In this document: positions 8,401 through 17,645 of the stretch, piece after piece
Layout: each line of letters opens with the position of its first letter
Numbering within the stretch: position 1 is the stretch's first letter
Source: Desulfobulbus propionicus DSM 2032
GTDB lineage: Bacteria > Desulfobacterota > Desulfobulbia > Desulfobulbales > Desulfobulbaceae
Assembly: GCF_000186885.1 (NCBI RefSeq)
Contig: NC_014972.1
Coordinates: forward strand, 3,240,001 to 3,272,000
Reading direction: 5' to 3'
DNA length: 32,000 nt
Position numbers and translations under genes: made by a program
The notes under the pieces: generated by a model
Told to the model about the DNA's origin: nothing
What the model saw: only the letters and a program-made list of their open reading frames with translations
Databases searched by the model: none

Positions 8401-10155
8401 ATGAGCATCGACCATGAGATTCGGGAAATTTGCAACCGCTACATAGTTGAAAACAAACACAAAGAAAGCCAATATTTCGATGCCATCAAACGCCTCGTGG
8501 CGGCCCGCAATCAGGCCACGGCCACGGATCGGCCGCAATGGCAGGCAGCGATCGACCACGTGTACGAGCTGATTCGGGACGAGATGTTGACCAATGCGGG
8601 ACAACCTTTGCAACGCATCAAATTCGGCACGTCCGGCTGGCGGGGCACCCTGGGCAAGGATCTCTTTGTCCGCTCGGTGGCGGTGGTCACCGCCGCCATT
8701 CTCGGCCTTTACCGGGAAGCCGAGACCAATGCGGCAATGCGTCTTGCCCTGGGCGTGCACAGTTTTGCTGAAATGCAGCGGCGCGGCGGCGTGGTCGGTT
8801 TTGACAACCGTTTCGGCGGTCCCTTGCTGGCCCAAGCTGTGGTCAATGTTCTCTGTGCCAATGGGGTCAAGGTATTCTATGCCGGCGAGGCCACCACCGG
8901 GGCACTCTCGGCCTCGGTGCTGATCCACAAGGCAGCCTTCTCCATCAATCTCACCCCAAGCCACAATCCGCTGGAATACGGAGGCTTCAAATATAACGCC
9001 GCCGATGCAGGTCCGGCCTCGCCCCTTCTGACCGATACCATCACTCAACTGGCCCGCGACTACATCGGCAGCCAACGGGTACCGTTCATCCCCGCAGGAC
9101 TGAATCTCGCCCGCTCACTCAGCGAGCTGCCCGCTCTCGTTTCCGAGGATGCCCTGGCCAGTTGGCAGCAACTGGTGCGCAAGGGTTTTGATCGGCACGG
9201 CATTGACTATGACCGGCTGCTGACCGAATTTGCTCATGACCACGACGTGGTGGTGTGCGTCGATGCCGTCCATGGCGCGGCCCGCAACTATATTGCCCGC
9301 CTGCTCGACAATCCGCCCACCAATCGGCTGATTCTGCTGCGCGACACCGAAGACCCCACCTTTGGCGGCATTGCCCCGGAGCCCTCCTCGGCCAACATGC
9401 AGCCCGTGCTCACCACCTTGGCGAGCCGCAGTGAACCGCTGAAAATTGGGGCGATCATTGATCCAGACGGCGACCGTATCCGCTTCACCGACGGCACGGT
9501 TGAGATCTCCATGAATCAGTTCGGAGCCATGGCCTACCATTTCCTCCACGAAATCAAGAAAAAAAAGGGAATGGTGGCGAAGACCGTGGCCTCAAGCAAT
9601 TTGGCAAACGCCCTGGCCGCGCAACTGGGAGAAGAAATTTTTGAGCCCAAAGTCGGATTCAAGGAGTTCAAGCCGGTGATCAACAAGGCATTGGTGTATT
9701 TCGAGGAGTCGGACGGCATTTCCATCACCGGCCACACCCCGGAAAAAGATGCCTTCATCGGACTAATCCTGGCCATCGACATGGTCCTGACACTGCGCAA
9801 GCCCCTGGGGCAATATCTGGCCGACATCGAGGCAGCTTTTGGTCACTACTACCCGGATCGGGACGGTGTCACCGTCAGCAAGCAGGGCGACAGCCTGCTG
9901 CAAGCCCTGGATCAATTGCGGCATTATGGCCCTGGCAGCCATGTCCAGGTGGGGGAAGACCTGAAAACCATCACCCAGGTCATCGACATCGACGGCCGCA
10001 AAATGATCCTTGACGATGGTTCTTGGATCATGATCCGGCCCTCAGGCACCGAACCCAAGGTTCGGTTTTATGTGGAGGCGAGAAGCCGGGAGGAAACAGC
10101 CCTGCTGGTAAAAAGTGCCAAATCGATGCTTGCCGAAACCGGACTCCTGCCCTAA
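8401..10155 (+). CDS. Phosphoglucomutase / phosphomannomutase family protein
   Basis: 'IKFGTSGWRG', 'FSINLTPSHNPLEYGGFKYNAADAGPA' catalytic Ser loop, 'AIIDPDGDRIRF' metal loop, 'FEESDGIS' and 'IMIRPSGTEPKVRFYVEA'. Start assigned to ATG 8401. Confidence 0.93.
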   Translation: MSIDHEIREICNRYIVENKHKESQYFDAIKRLVAARNQATATDRPQWQAAIDHVYELIRDEMLTNAGQPLQRIKFGTSGWRGTLGKDLFVRSVAVVTAAILGLYREAETNAAMRLALGVHSFAEMQRRGGVVGFDNRFGGPLLAQAVVNVLCANGVKVFYAGEATTGALSASVLIHKAAFSINLTPSHNPLEYGGFKYNAADAGPASPLLTDTITQLARDYIGSQRVPFIPAGLNLARSLSELPALVSEDALASWQQLVRKGFDRHGIDYDRLLTEFAHDHDVVVCVDAVHGAARNYIARLLDNPPTNRLILLRDTEDPTFGGIAPEPSSANMQPVLTTLASRSEPLKIGAIIDPDGDRIRFTDGTVEISMNQFGAMAYHFLHEIKKKKGMVAKTVASSNLANALAAQLGEEIFEPKVGFKEFKPVINKALVYFEESDGISITGHTPEKDAFIGLILAIDMVLTLRKPLGQYLADIEAAFGHYYPDRDGVTVSKQGDSLLQALDQLRHYGPGSHVQVGEDLKTITQVIDIDGRKMILDDGSWIMIRPSGTEPKVRFYVEARSREETALLVKSAKSMLAETGLLP

Positions 10156-10163
10156 TGTAGCAA

Positions 10164-10214
10164 ATTGAATTTTATCCCTTCTCGCCTGCATCGTGGCAAC
10201 GGGATGAATTCAAT
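10164..10214. repeat. Long imperfect inverted repeat between the phosphoglucomutase gene and nifU
   Basis: ATTGAATT(T)TATCCC pairs with GGGATGAATTCAAT: 8-bp and 5-bp perfect blocks plus a possible G-U pair. Confidence 0.6.
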
Positions 10215-10245
10215 CATCGAAAATCATCAACACAGAGAACCGGTC

Positions 10246-11082
10246 ATGTGGGAATATACTGATAAGGTCCAGGAACATTTCATTAATCCAAAAAACGTCG
10301 GCGAGATCGAGGATGCCGACGGAGTGGGCAATGTTGGCTCCATTGCCTGCGGCGACGCCTTGCGACTGACGATCAAGGTGGATGAAAATCAAGTGATCAC
10401 CGATGCCAAGTTCAAGACCTTTGGATGCGCCTCGGCCATCGCCTCCTCCTCCATGCTCACCGAGATGCTCAAAGGCATGAAGCTGGAAGATGCGAAAAAA
10501 CTGACCAACGACGATATCGCCAAGGCCCTCGGCGGTCTGCCCAAGGAAAAGATGCACTGTTCGGTGATGGGTCGCGAAGCCCTGGAGGCAGCCATTGCCG
10601 ATTATACCGGCGTCATGCTGCCCATGGCCCAGGGCGAGGTGGTGTGCGAGTGTTTTGGAGTCACCGACCTGGAAATCATCCGGGCCATCAAGGAAAACGC
10701 ACTCACCTCGGTGGAGGACATCACCAACTTCACCAAGGCCGGCGGCGGCTGCGGCAAATGTGAGGGCAAACTGCGCGCCCTGCTCGCCGAGACCGTTGAG
10801 GGACAGCCGGCGCAGCCCTTTGGCGCCACCAAGAAGAAACGCATGACCAGTTTGGAGAAGATCAAAAAGATCGAGGAGGTCATCGAGCGCGAGATCAAAC
10901 CCACCCTGAAGAAGGATGGCGGTGACATCCAGCTGATCGACGTGGATGGCGATTTCGTCACCGTGTCACTGCGCGGCTCCTGCGCCAACTGCTATTCCTC
11001 ACGGACCACGCTCAAGGAATACGTGGAGAAAAAACTACGCGAACAGGTTCTGGAGAGCCTGATAGTCGAGGAGGACAGATAA
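10246..11082 (+). CDS. nifU: Iron-sulfur cluster assembly scaffold NifU (N-terminal scaffold, central BFD-like domain, C-terminal NifU domain)
   Basis: 'WEYTDKVQEHFINPKNVGEIEDADGVG', 'GDALRLTIKVD', 'VVCECFGVTDLEIIRAI', 'GGGCGKCEGKL' and 'LKKDGGDIQLIDVDGDFVTVSLRGSCANCYSS'. Confidence 0.95.
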   Translation: MWEYTDKVQEHFINPKNVGEIEDADGVGNVGSIACGDALRLTIKVDENQVITDAKFKTFGCASAIASSSMLTEMLKGMKLEDAKKLTNDDIAKALGGLPKEKMHCSVMGREALEAAIADYTGVMLPMAQGEVVCECFGVTDLEIIRAIKENALTSVEDITNFTKAGGGCGKCEGKLRALLAETVEGQPAQPFGATKKKRMTSLEKIKKIEEVIEREIKPTLKKDGGDIQLIDVDGDFVTVSLRGSCANCYSSRTTLKEYVEKKLREQVLESLIVEEDR

Positions 11083-12266
11083 TGGGCTCCCCAGAACATG
11101 TTATTTATATGGACAACAACGCCACCACCCGGATCGCCCCCGAGGTGTTGGAGGCGATGATGCCTTACCTGACCGAATGGTACGGCAACCCTTCCTCGAT
11201 GCACACTTTTGGCGGCCGGGTCGGCCAGGCGATCAACCAGGCCCGGCAATCGGTGGCTAACCTGCTGGGAGCCGCCCCCGAAGAGATTGTCTTCACCAGT
11301 TGCGGCACGGAAAGTGATTCCACCGCCATTCTCTCCGCCCTGCAGACCTATCCCGAAAAAAACCATGTGGTCACCACCAGAGTGGAGCATCCGGCGGTCA
11401 AGAACCTATGCGATAACTTGGAGATCTTCACCGGTCGCAAGTATCATACCACCCGGCTGCAGGTTGACGCCGACGGCTCCATCGACCTGCAACGCTACAA
11501 GGACAGCCTCACCGATGAGACCGCCATTGTCAGCGTCATGTGGGCCAACAACGAAACCGGGGTGATTTTTCCCGTCGAGGAAATGGCGCGGATTGCCAAG
11601 GAACGCGGCATCCTGTTCCATACCGATGCGGTGCAGGCAGTAGGTAAGGTTCCGATCAACCTCAAGGAAACAGCCATCGATTTCCTTTCCTTGTCTGGAC
11701 ATAAACTCCATGCGCCCAAGGGCGTCGGCGTGCTGTATCTACGCAAAGGCACTCCTTTTATCCCCTTTCTCAACGGCGGCCACCAGGAACATGGTCGGCG
11801 CGGCGGCACGGAGAATGTGGCCTCCATCGTAGGGCTGGGCAAGGCCTGTGAGCTAGCCGGGGCCAAAATGGAGGAGGAAAACACCAGGGTTCGGGCCCTG
11901 CGCGACAAGCTGGAAACGGGGCTGCTCACCTCCATCCCCAAATCCCTGCGCAACGGTCATGCGGAGCAGCGCCTGCCTAACACCGCCAATATCAGTTTTG
12001 AATATGTCGAGGGTGAGGCGATTCTGCTTCATATGAATCAATACGGTATCTGCGCTTCCTCAGGCTCCGCCTGCACATCAGGTTCACTGGAACCGTCCCA
12101 TGTGCTTCGGGCCATGGGCGTACCCTTTACCGCTGCGCATGGTTCTATCCGCTTCAGTCTCTCGGTGTACAACACCGAAGAAGAGGTCGACTTCGTCCTC
12201 GACAAAATGCCGGCCATCATCGCCAAACTGCGTGAGCTTTCTCCCTTTTGGGATGAAAACAAGTAG
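11082..12266 (+). CDS. nifS: Cysteine desulfurase NifS
   Basis: 'VIYMDNNATTRIAPEVLEAMMPYL..YGNPSSMHTFGG', 'SGHKLHAPKGVGVLYLRKG', 'GGHQEHGRRGGTENVA' and 'GICASSGSACTSGSLEPSHVL'. Start overlaps the nifU stop. Confidence 0.96.
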   Translation: MGSPEHVIYMDNNATTRIAPEVLEAMMPYLTEWYGNPSSMHTFGGRVGQAINQARQSVANLLGAAPEEIVFTSCGTESDSTAILSALQTYPEKNHVVTTRVEHPAVKNLCDNLEIFTGRKYHTTRLQVDADGSIDLQRYKDSLTDETAIVSVMWANNETGVIFPVEEMARIAKERGILFHTDAVQAVGKVPINLKETAIDFLSLSGHKLHAPKGVGVLYLRKGTPFIPFLNGGHQEHGRRGGTENVASIVGLGKACELAGAKMEEENTRVRALRDKLETGLLTSIPKSLRNGHAEQRLPNTANISFEYVEGEAILLHMNQYGICASSGSACTSGSLEPSHVLRAMGVPFTAAHGSIRFSLSVYNTEEEVDFVLDKMPAIIAKLRELSPFWDENK

Positions 12267-12276
12267 CGTCCCTTTC

Positions 12277-12316
12277 AGCGCCGCCTGCTCACCAGGCGAC
12301 GCTGTTTTTGTTTTTT
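12277..12316 (+). terminator. Intrinsic terminator after nifS
   Basis: AGCG-C-CGCCTG / loop CTCAC / CAGGCG-A-CGCT followed by GTTTTTGTTTTTT. Confidence 0.9.
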
Positions 12317-12334
12317 CCAACCCGCCGGTTTCCC

Positions 12335-13267
12335 ATGCGTATCGTTGAGCCATGCTTCACCATCCTTGATGAACTGGACCAGCAAAGCCTGGCTGTCCGG
12401 ATCGAATACTGCGGCCGCATCTGCTACAAGAGCGAAAACCGGATCGACAGGAATTCCGCGATCCCCTTTGTTCGTAAAATGGCGGAATACGGTCACAACT
12501 CAGTTTTGGAAATGGGGGTGGTCACTTTCATGGTCACCTGCGCCACGTTTGAACCGCTCCAAGCCCTGTATTTTCTTCAACCCAAATTCCTCCAGATCGA
12601 CCAACTGGAAAGCCATTGCCTGATCATCACCGGTTCCATCCGCGCGTTTCGCGAAATGCTGATCAACCACCCCGGGGACGGCATTTCCCGGTCCATCGGG
12701 CTGTTTCTGCGCGATCGTCACCCCTATTTCTTCGAAGCCCTTCCCGTCAGCGAAACAGCGCCGCCACAAGGGATCAGCGTCGAAAAGGTCCCGCTGTCGG
12801 CAGTGGAACAATTTGCGCCGCAACTGCTCGCCAAGCATCGTCACCTGGCGGTCAAATTCATCGTCAGCCGGGCGGTGACCCATGAGTTGGTCCGTCATCG
12901 CCCCTGTACCTTTCTGCAGGAGAGCCAGCGCTACTGCCGCTATTCCGCCGATAAATTTGGCAATGAAGTATCCTTCATCAAGCCGGTGTTCTTTGAGCCG
13001 CAAAGCGAGGAGTTCGCCATTTGGCGGCAATCCATGGAAGCCATGGAACAGCAGTATTTCCGTCTTCTTGAAACCTCTACCCCCCAGGCGGCGCGGACCG
13101 TGCTGCCTAATTCGTGCAAAACTGAAATCATCGTCTACACCAATCTCCTGGAATGGCGACATATCTTCAATCTCCGCACCGCAGCAGCAGCGGAACCCTC
13201 GATGCGGGAAGTCATGATTCCTCTGCAACAGGCCATGCAGGACCGCTATCCCTCCATTTTCCTCTGA
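12335..13267 (+). CDS. thyX: FAD-dependent thymidylate synthase (ThyX)
   Basis: ThyX signature RHR-x7-S: 'RHRPCTFLQESQRYCRYSADKFG'. Confidence 0.93.
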   Translation: MRIVEPCFTILDELDQQSLAVRIEYCGRICYKSENRIDRNSAIPFVRKMAEYGHNSVLEMGVVTFMVTCATFEPLQALYFLQPKFLQIDQLESHCLIITGSIRAFREMLINHPGDGISRSIGLFLRDRHPYFFEALPVSETAPPQGISVEKVPLSAVEQFAPQLLAKHRHLAVKFIVSRAVTHELVRHRPCTFLQESQRYCRYSADKFGNEVSFIKPVFFEPQSEEFAIWRQSMEAMEQQYFRLLETSTPQAARTVLPNSCKTEIIVYTNLLEWRHIFNLRTAAAAEPSMREVMIPLQQAMQDRYPSIFL

Positions 13268-13373
13268 TTTCCCCCTCACCTCTCCGGCGACACGAGGCGG
13301 GCGATACGTTCAACTTCGAGTTGCGCCTTTGCCGCTCGTCTCCTTGCCTTTTGGGGGAACGGATGCTTCCTTT

Positions 13374-13402
13374 TTGACCACGGGTCTGTTTTGTAGTACA
13401 CT
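13374..13402 (+). promoter_or_regulatory. Candidate sigma70 promoter for the PilB-like gene (TTGACC-N17-TACACT)
   Basis: -35 at 13374-13379, 17-bp spacer, -10 at 13397-13402, upstream of the start codon near 13439-13448. Confidence 0.4.
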
Positions 13403-13438
13403 ACCTGAAAATTCCCTAATTTCCGACTTCAAGGTCTC

Positions 13439-15694
13439 TTGGCAGCGATGGCGATAAAACCTGGACAACAATTCACTGACTCGCAGAGAAGCTCCATGAA
13501 ACGGACGGTCAAGGATCAGTCCGGAGCCGGCAAACTGAAAATCGGCGAACTGTTGAGCAAGGCTGGTTACATTACCGCTACACAGTTTGAGGAAGCCAAG
13601 GCAATTCAAAAGAAAACCGGGGAGCGATTGGGCCGCATTCTTTTGGAAAGCGGCGCCATCGAACGGGATACGATTGCCAACTTCCTCAGCAGGATGCACA
13701 ACTATCCCCTTGTTGTCATCGATCAGGAGGCGCCGAGCAGGGAGGCCCTGGACCTGGTTCCCTATGAAACCGCCAAGCGTTTCATGGCCTTCCCCCTGCG
13801 GCTGGCTGGCAACACCCTCCAGGTGACCATGGCGGAGCCCACCGATTCGCTGGATGTTGAACAACTTCAGGATGTTGTCCAGAAGAGCCTCAACGTCTGC
13901 GTGTCGACCGCCAAGGATATCATCGACGCCTATAAAAAATATTATCAAATCAGTGACGAAGAGTATCACTCCTTCTTTAAATTCGAACCGGAAGGCGAAG
14001 AGGACACGGTCACGCAGGTTGATGACTTTGGCGCGCTGGTGTCCGATGCCGCGGAAGATTTCGAGATCGAAAGCAGTGGCGCCGACGAAGGTGCCTATGA
14101 GCAGTTTTCTGCTTCCGACGCGCCGATCATCAAGCTGGTAAATGGCATCTTGGTCAAAGCCGTTCAGGAAGGGGTCAGCGACATCCATATCGAGCCGTTT
14201 GAAAAAACCATGCAGGTCCGCTACCGGAAGGACGGCTCCCTGTTCAAGTCGATGAACCTGCCCCTCACCATCAAAAACGCCATGGCGGCCCGAATGAAGA
14301 TTCTGGCGGGGCTCAACATCACTGAACGCCGTGTTCCCCAAGACGGTCGCATCAAGATCCGCCTGGGCCGGAACAAGGCGGTTGATTTCCGCGTTTCCAC
14401 CTTGCCGTTGCTGCACGGCGAGGGCATTGTTCTTCGTATCCTCGACAAGAGTTCCCTCAACGTCGATCTGACCAAACTCGGGTTCACCGTCGACACCTTC
14501 GCCGCCCTCAAGCGGTGCTTGCAACGCCCCCAAGGCCTGTTGCTGGTCACCGGCCCGACCGGTTCAGGCAAGACGGTCACCCTGTATTCTGCCCTCAACT
14601 CCTTGAACACCGAGGACATCAAGATTCTCACCGCCGAGGACCCGGTGGAATTCAACTTCAAGGGCATCAATCAGGTCAATGTCAACGCCGAGGTCGGCAT
14701 GACCTTTGCCGCGGCCCTCAAGGCTTTTCTTCGCCAGGACCCGGATATCATCATGGTGGGCGAGATTCGCGATATCGAAACTGCGGAAATCGCCATGAAG
14801 GCGGCGATGACCGGCCATCTTGTTTTCTCCACCCTCCATACCAATGATTCGCCGGCCACGGTCAGCCGTATGGTGGATATTGGGATTCCCTCCTACATCC
14901 TGGCGTCGTCCCTGACCATGGTCCTGTCGCAACGACTGGGCAGGCGGTTATGCCAAAAATGCAAAATTCCGGCCGAATACGATCGCCATACCTTACTGAG
15001 CGCTGGTTTCAAGGAAAGCGAACTCGACGACTTGAAGTTGTTCAAGGCCAAGGGATGTCCGGAATGCAACGGCTTGGGCTACCGCGGCCGGGTCGGTTTT
15101 TTTGAGCTGATGGAGGTCACGGAGGCGGTTGCCGAAGCCATTCAGGCCGAGGTTTCGGAGGAGCAACTGCGCAAGGTGGCCATCCAGGAAGGCATGTATA
15201 CCCTGCGCGAGGCAGGCCTGCAAAAGGCCCGTGAAGGCGTCACCAGTCTGGAGGAGGTCCTGAAACGCACCGTGGCGCACGAGGACAGCCTGCCCGCCTA
15301 TCTGGTCAATCCGGATGTGGAAGAGTATGAGGACGGTGACGTTATCATCCAGGAAGGCAACAAGGACAAGGACTTCTTTAAACTGATCAGGGGCAAGGTG
15401 GCGGTTTTGCGTTCCGGGAAAAAGATTGCGGAAATCACCGAGCCCGGCGAGTATTTCGGTGAAATGGCCGCCATCCTGGAAGAACCGCGGTCCGCCTCCA
15501 TCATCTCCGTCGGCCGCTGTACCATCAAACGCTATCCAGGAGACAAGTTGAACGAACTTATTGAAAAATACCCGGAAGTCTCCCGCCATTTGTTTCGCAC
15601 CCTGGTGGAACGGTTGCAGAAAACCGATCGCATCGTGGTGCAGCTCGCCAGCGCGACAAAAATTCGCCCACCCCAGGTCATACGCCAAGCATGA
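13439..15694 (+). CDS. GspE/PilB-family secretion/pilus ATPase with a C-terminal cyclic nucleotide-binding domain
   Basis: N-terminal GspE_N-like region, Walker A 'VTGPTGSGKTVTLYSAL', Walker B region 'IIMVGEIRDIETAEIAMKAAMTGHLVFSTLHTNDS', tetracysteine 'CQKCKIP...CPECNGLGYRGR'. Its C-terminus 'GDVIIQEGNKDKDFFKLIRGKVAVLRSGKKIAEITEPGEYFGEMAAILEEPRSASIIS' is a cNMP-binding domain. Confidence 0.93.
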   Translation: MAAMAIKPGQQFTDSQRSSMKRTVKDQSGAGKLKIGELLSKAGYITATQFEEAKAIQKKTGERLGRILLESGAIERDTIANFLSRMHNYPLVVIDQEAPSREALDLVPYETAKRFMAFPLRLAGNTLQVTMAEPTDSLDVEQLQDVVQKSLNVCVSTAKDIIDAYKKYYQISDEEYHSFFKFEPEGEEDTVTQVDDFGALVSDAAEDFEIESSGADEGAYEQFSASDAPIIKLVNGILVKAVQEGVSDIHIEPFEKTMQVRYRKDGSLFKSMNLPLTIKNAMAARMKILAGLNITERRVPQDGRIKIRLGRNKAVDFRVSTLPLLHGEGIVLRILDKSSLNVDLTKLGFTVDTFAALKRCLQRPQGLLLVTGPTGSGKTVTLYSALNSLNTEDIKILTAEDPVEFNFKGINQVNVNAEVGMTFAAALKAFLRQDPDIIMVGEIRDIETAEIAMKAAMTGHLVFSTLHTNDSPATVSRMVDIGIPSYILASSLTMVLSQRLGRRLCQKCKIPAEYDRHTLLSAGFKESELDDLKLFKAKGCPECNGLGYRGRVGFFELMEVTEAVAEAIQAEVSEEQLRKVAIQEGMYTLREAGLQKAREGVTSLEEVLKRTVAHEDSLPAYLVNPDVEEYEDGDVIIQEGNKDKDFFKLIRGKVAVLRSGKKIAEITEPGEYFGEMAAILEEPRSASIISVGRCTIKRYPGDKLNELIEKYPEVSRHLFRTLVERLQKTDRIVVQLASATKIRPPQVIRQA

Positions 15695-16497
15695 ACTACG
15701 TTTCTGTCTACATTATCGCCTATAACGAAGCCGATAAAATCGAGGCGGCCATCAATTCGGTGCTCTGGGCCGACGAAATCGTGGTCGCCGATTCGTTCAG
15801 CCAAGACAACACCGCCGCCATAGCCGAACAGCTTGGGGCCAGGGTTGTGCAGATCCCCTTTCGTGGATTCGGTGATCTACGCAACCAAGCCATGGCCGCC
15901 TGCAGCCACGACTGGATTTTTTCCCTGGACTCGGACGAACGATGTACCCCGGAGGTACGGGATGAGATTCTCGCCTGCCTTGAAGCCCCGCAGGCGGATG
16001 CCTATTATGTACCCCGTCGGAATTATTTCATGGGTCGCTGGATACGGCATTCCGGCTTTTATCCCGACTACCGTCAGCCGCAGCTCTTCAAAAAAGGGGC
16101 ATTGGTTTTCAAAGACGATCCGGTGCACGAGGAATTTTCCATCGTGACCGACCGGCCGGTGGCCTACCTTCACAACGCAATCTGGCAATTTCCCTTCAAA
16201 AAACTCGAGGAGTTGGTGCACAAGGCCAATAAATACTCTACCTTGGGAGCAGAAAAACTGGCCCTGCATGGACGGACGCGCTGTTCCTTATGGACAGCCA
16301 TGCTCCACGGCCTCTGGTCCTTTTGCCACATGTATTTCCTCAAACGTGGCATCCTGGACGGTTGGCCGGGGTTCATCATCGCCTTCTACAACTTCGAGGC
16401 AACATTCTACAAATACGCCAAATTGCACGAGCTGCAAGCCAATTGGCCCGCACCGCCCTCCCCGCCTCTCCGCCGCCACCCCTCGAACCAAGGGTGA
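15691..16497 (+). CDS. Glycosyltransferase family 2 (LPS core WaaE/KdtX-like)
   Basis: 'VSVYIIAYNEADKIEAAINSVLWADEIVVADSFSQDNTAAIAEQLGARV...FSLDSDER...VPRRNYFMGRWIRHSGFYPDYRQPQLFKKG'. Start overlaps the upstream stop. Confidence 0.9.
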   Translation: MNYVSVYIIAYNEADKIEAAINSVLWADEIVVADSFSQDNTAAIAEQLGARVVQIPFRGFGDLRNQAMAACSHDWIFSLDSDERCTPEVRDEILACLEAPQADAYYVPRRNYFMGRWIRHSGFYPDYRQPQLFKKGALVFKDDPVHEEFSIVTDRPVAYLHNAIWQFPFKKLEELVHKANKYSTLGAEKLALHGRTRCSLWTAMLHGLWSFCHMYFLKRGILDGWPGFIIAFYNFEATFYKYAKLHELQANWPAPPSPPLRRHPSNQG

Positions 16498-16509
16498 TGC
16501 CGCACCACG

Positions 16510-16534
16510 CATGCCTGCTCAACGAGCAGGCATG
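16510..16534. repeat. Hairpin CATGCCTGCT-CAACG-AGCAGGCATG at a convergent gene boundary
   Basis: 10-bp perfect stem with a 5-nt loop. It overlaps the stop codon of the minus-strand gene; no clear T-tract on either side. Confidence 0.6.
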
Positions 16535-17598
16535 ACAACAAAATCAAGGACCTGCTGATAAACGGTTTCCACCGAGATGCCCTCCATGCAGCGCATGTGG
16601 GGACAGACGCGCCTGCGGCAGCACAGACACTCAATGCTGTTCGCCTGAAGAACGACGCCGCGCGCTCGATACGGCCCGACCCGTTCGGGATGCGTCGGCC
16701 CAAACAGGGCCACAACAGGTATTCCAGCCATGGCGGCCATGTGCATGGGGCCAGTATCCACGCCAACATAGACCGAGGCCCGCTTCATCAGCGCCACCGA
16801 TTCCGTCAGGGTCAAACGCCCGGCGGCCACCACGCCAGCGCCAGCCATCCGTTCGGTAATCCCGCTTATATAGGGAAGATCGGCCGCGCTGCCGCCAAAA
16901 ACCACGTGAATACCGGCGGCAAGGAGACGATCACAGAGCTCGCTCCATCTGGGCTGCAACCAGAATTTCGATTGCCAGCGAGCGGTGGGATTGACATAGA
17001 CAAAAGGAAGATCGCCCTGAATCCCGTGTGCCGTCAGAAAATTCGCGGCGCTTTGCTCATCGGTCCGATCGGAGCAGAGAAAGAAATCCGCATCCGTGGG
17101 GACGCAGCCAAGGAGTTCGCAAAACAGGAGATTTTTATCCACCGCGTGCACCGTATGGTCGGGGATGCTGACCAGACGATGCTGAAACAGGGTATTCAGT
17201 TCACGCGCATCCCGAAACCCAACCCGCAGGCCGCCGCCATTCATCAACGAAAGAAGACCACTGCGAAACGACGCATGCAGGTCCAGAATCAGATCATAAG
17301 GCGCGGCACGCAGGGCCGTCCATAATCCATGCACAACGCGCATGGTGGCCCAGAAGGCTTGGGGATAGGCAATATACCATCTCGCTCCGGGCTCACTGGT
17401 CGAGGGAATATGGATGGGGTAGACCGCATCCACCGCCGTGTCTTGAGCGACCAAAGGAGCAAATGCCCGCTCCACGACCCAGCCGATATGGCAGTCGGGA
17501 AAACAGCGTTTCAGGGCATGCGCCACCGGGAGGGTGTGCACAATATCACCAAGGGAGCTTTGCTTGATGATCAAGATGCGCTGGTTCTGGATGTCCAT
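16519..17598 (-). CDS. Glycosyltransferase family 9 (ADP-heptose:LPS heptosyltransferase-like)
   Basis: 'RILIIKQSSLGDIVHTLPVAHALKRCFPDCHIGWVVERAFAPLV' and 'VGVDTGPMHMAAMAGIPVVALFGPTHPERVGPY'. Confidence 0.92.
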   Translation of the reverse strand: MDIQNQRILIIKQSSLGDIVHTLPVAHALKRCFPDCHIGWVVERAFAPLVAQDTAVDAVYPIHIPSTSEPGARWYIAYPQAFWATMRVVHGLWTALRAAPYDLILDLHASFRSGLLSLMNGGGLRVGFRDARELNTLFQHRLVSIPDHTVHAVDKNLLFCELLGCVPTDADFFLCSDRTDEQSAANFLTAHGIQGDLPFVYVNPTARWQSKFWLQPRWSELCDRLLAAGIHVVFGGSAADLPYISGITERMAGAGVVAAGRLTLTESVALMKRASVYVGVDTGPMHMAAMAGIPVVALFGPTHPERVGPYRARGVVLQANSIECLCCRRRVCPHMRCMEGISVETVYQQVLDFVVMPAR

Positions 17599-17645
17599 GA
17601 AATTTACCTGGCGGCACGCGTGCGGGAGCACTCGGTGCGGGCTCT

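Noticed and set aside
13310-14533. 407-aa minus-strand ORF
   Set aside because: Antisense to the PilB-like ATPase and the sequence just upstream; no credible motifs.
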